From assembly GCA_030704615.1 (NCBI GenBank), contig CM060731.1, forward strand, positions 28,458,001 through 28,522,000: 64,000 bases of DNA, read 5' to 3'. The DNA comes from Takakia lepidozioides. Taxonomy: Eukaryota; Plantae; Bryophyta. Under the pieces are notes generated by a model. That model saw only the letters and a list, made by a program, of their open reading frames with translations, did no database searches and was not told where the DNA came from. Shown one piece after another: positions 61,615 through 64,000 of the stretch; position 1 is the first letter of the stretch, and each line of letters starts with the position of its first letter. The position numbers and the translations under genes are program-made.

Positions 61615-63997
61615 TGGAAACTTCAGATAAACTGGTTGGAGATGTCAATGGTTATAAATGGGCAGGTAGGATGTGTACTCTCAAGGCAGCCTCTGCCAAA
61701 CGCGGTCAAAAAGGGGTTGGATTCTTTGTCCGTGATTTCTTGTTTGATAATTGTGAAATTATCAACAAGGGTTTGAGGTACGAACATAGTATCTGGCTAA
61801 AACTGAATCTGAAGGGCGGCATGAGTACGAAGGACCTCTTTGTGGGTTGTGTTTACATGCCCACAGAGGGGACCCTTAGTGCTGACGCAGACAAAGCCTT
61901 CGAAGATGTAAAGCTGGACTGTGCTTCGTTCCTTGCCAAAGGTCAGGTAGTGCTATTGGGTGACTTCAATGCCCGGGTGGGCAAAGGGCTCCATCAGGAC
62001 GATATCATTGGGCCTTTTGGTGAGGACGAGCCCTCTATAAAGAGTGCTGCAATTTGAAAACCAACAGAGAATTGTGGGCGAGGTACTATCAGCTCCGGAA
62101 AGATATCAATCAGCTTGTTAGGTCTCAGAAGAAATTATACTGGGATAAGTTATACAGTGAAATAAACTCAAACCACCATGGTGGTAATGACAAGAAATTA
62201 TGGTTGGCCCTTCAACGTTTGTACAAGCCTAAAAACGGTCAACAAGTACAAGCGCTGAAGACTACTAAAGGTGCACTGGTGACTTCATCGGTTGACATTG
62301 TCAAAACCTTTGAAAATCACTACAGTATCCTTGGCAGAACTTCTAGGTCTAACAGTGAGGGGTCTTCTGCTGAATGGAGGGACACAGTTGGAAAAATTGT
62401 TCCTATGATTCAAAACAGCCCTGATGAACTGGAGTATATTTCAATGGCTCATAACGCTCCCATTAGTTCTTCTGAGATTGTGGAAGCAATTGAACATTTA
62501 AATGGATATAAAGCTGGTGGACCTGATGGTATTGTCAACGAGCTTATCAAGCACGGTGGCGATCCCATGATAGAGGCCCTAGTTCTCCTCTTTAACCTTA
62601 TCTGGAAAACTGAAATGATCCCCTTTCGCTGGCGACAGGGGGTCATTGTCAGTCTATACAAGAAGGGTGACAGAGAAGAACCGGGGAACTACCGTGGCAT
62701 CACACTCAGGAGTTGATTAATTGCGCGAAGAGATACTTTGATCTTTGGGGGCTAGAGGCTAATGTCAGCAAATGTGCAGTGGTAGCATTCAATGACAGAG
62801 GAGAGGGAGGAAGTGATCTTAAGTGGCAGTGGGGTAGCCAAGAGATCCCGGTCCTCCCTTCCTACACTTATCTGGGCGTTGAGTTTTCCTCCAATTGTAA
62901 TTGGGATGCACATATCCGGAAAGTTGTTCGAACTGGCAAGGGCAAAGCTCTGGGGCTCACTAAATTTTTCCACTGCAGAGGGGTCATCTCTGAGGTTAAG
63001 AAAACCATGCTTTGTCGCGTTATTAGACCTGCCTTGGAGTACGGATCTGCTATATGGGTTGATAACTCCAACCAGGCTAAGTCTCTAGAATCCATTCAAG
63101 TGGGGGTGCTTAAGGAGTGTATGTCAGCATGCTCCAAAACAGCCAATGTGGCTGTTCGGGGTGAGTTTGGCATTCCATCCTTAAGCTCCCGACGAGATGA
63201 ATTCAAGGTCAGATGGTGGGGTCAGCTGCAACATATGCCCAACACCAGATATCCTAAGTTGATTGACTCTATATCTTGGAAACAGGACCGCCCTGTCAAA
63301 CAGGCTAAGTCCTGGCAGAAGAGAGTAGAAAAGATTCTCAAGGACCTGGACCTGGATCCGCAAGTCTTGACCCTGCTGGATAAATCTACCTTAGAGGCTG
63401 TAGTGTCTGAGGCCATGTCTGTTGCCATGAGATTGTCTGATGAAAATGAAGTTAGGCAGAGAACTTCCCTGAACTTTGTTTCCAGTCAGTGACATGGGGG
63501 TGGACATCTTGGATGACCTCAAGGGTCTACCCACTCTCGGCACTAGACTGAAATTTAAACTCAGGGCAGGAAGCCTACCTTTGAACAGCAAACAGAAGCA
63601 GAGAGGAAAGGGAGAGTGCAATTGCCCGTTGTGTGGGCAATCTGAAGACAGTATTCATTTTCTGATACGCTGTCCGAGTTCTCTCACCAAAGAGAGGCTC
63701 TCTTCAATTCTATCAAGGGAATTGTGCCTGTACCCTTGTTTACCAACTTTGAAAGTCTCGAGGCTGAGCCAAAAGCCCAGGCCCTCCTGAGGCCTAGTTT
63801 TTGGGCAAATCACACACAACATATTGATGCTTGTGTGAAGGGTTTTCTAGAGGATATCTGGAAAACCCGGATTAATTCCTTATACGATGGTAAGTCTTAC
63901 TACCAACGTCAGCCCTGTTCCTTTTGTTCCCACTGAAACTGGGCGCGGGGTCAATGGCCACAAGGCTACGGCAAAAAACGTCTTATGAGTACAATCT
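61615..63997 (+). mobile_element. Second copy of the same LINE family with different internal deletions
   Basis: Near-identical to the reverse complement of 53415-56216; same 3' end cgtcttatgagtacaatc; deletions at ~62030 and ~62707. Confidence 0.92.
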
Positions 63998-64000
63998 CAT

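Overview
Eukaryotic, repeat-dense land-plant DNA. TTTAGGG repeats, tRNA-Met PBSs, GT-AG introns and chromoviruses suggest a bryophyte or other early-diverging plant, but the species cannot be determined from sequence alone. Left third (1-19.4 kb): the 3' end of an LTR retroelement with a large extra ORF is inserted into a hairpin-repeat array. That array appears to belong to a >10 kb DNA element with two divergent genes: a ParB/Sulfiredoxin-fold gene (minus strand, DGNHR motif) and a GCM/WRKY-like Zn-finger + MULE-DDE + SWIM transposase (plus strand). The two genes are separated by ~2.1 kb of GGCGCC-centred palindromes with a mirror-symmetry axis near 9184. Next come a CACTA TnpA-like gene carrying an FCP1/HAD-like domain and a CACTA right terminus at 19411. 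Middle (19.4-44 kb): nested Ty3/gypsy elements, a hAT MITE and satellites. A ~12.6 kb inversion (about 24546-37132) splits two chromoviruses, and undoing it restores both of their 5-bp TSDs. Right third: one host gene (4 coding exons, atypical bHLH-ACT factor) with a LINE in intron 1, a Tourist-like MITE and a second copy of that LINE. Most transposon ORFs are broken; some homopolymer frameshifts could be assembly errors. Domain calls come from motif recognition only, with no database search.
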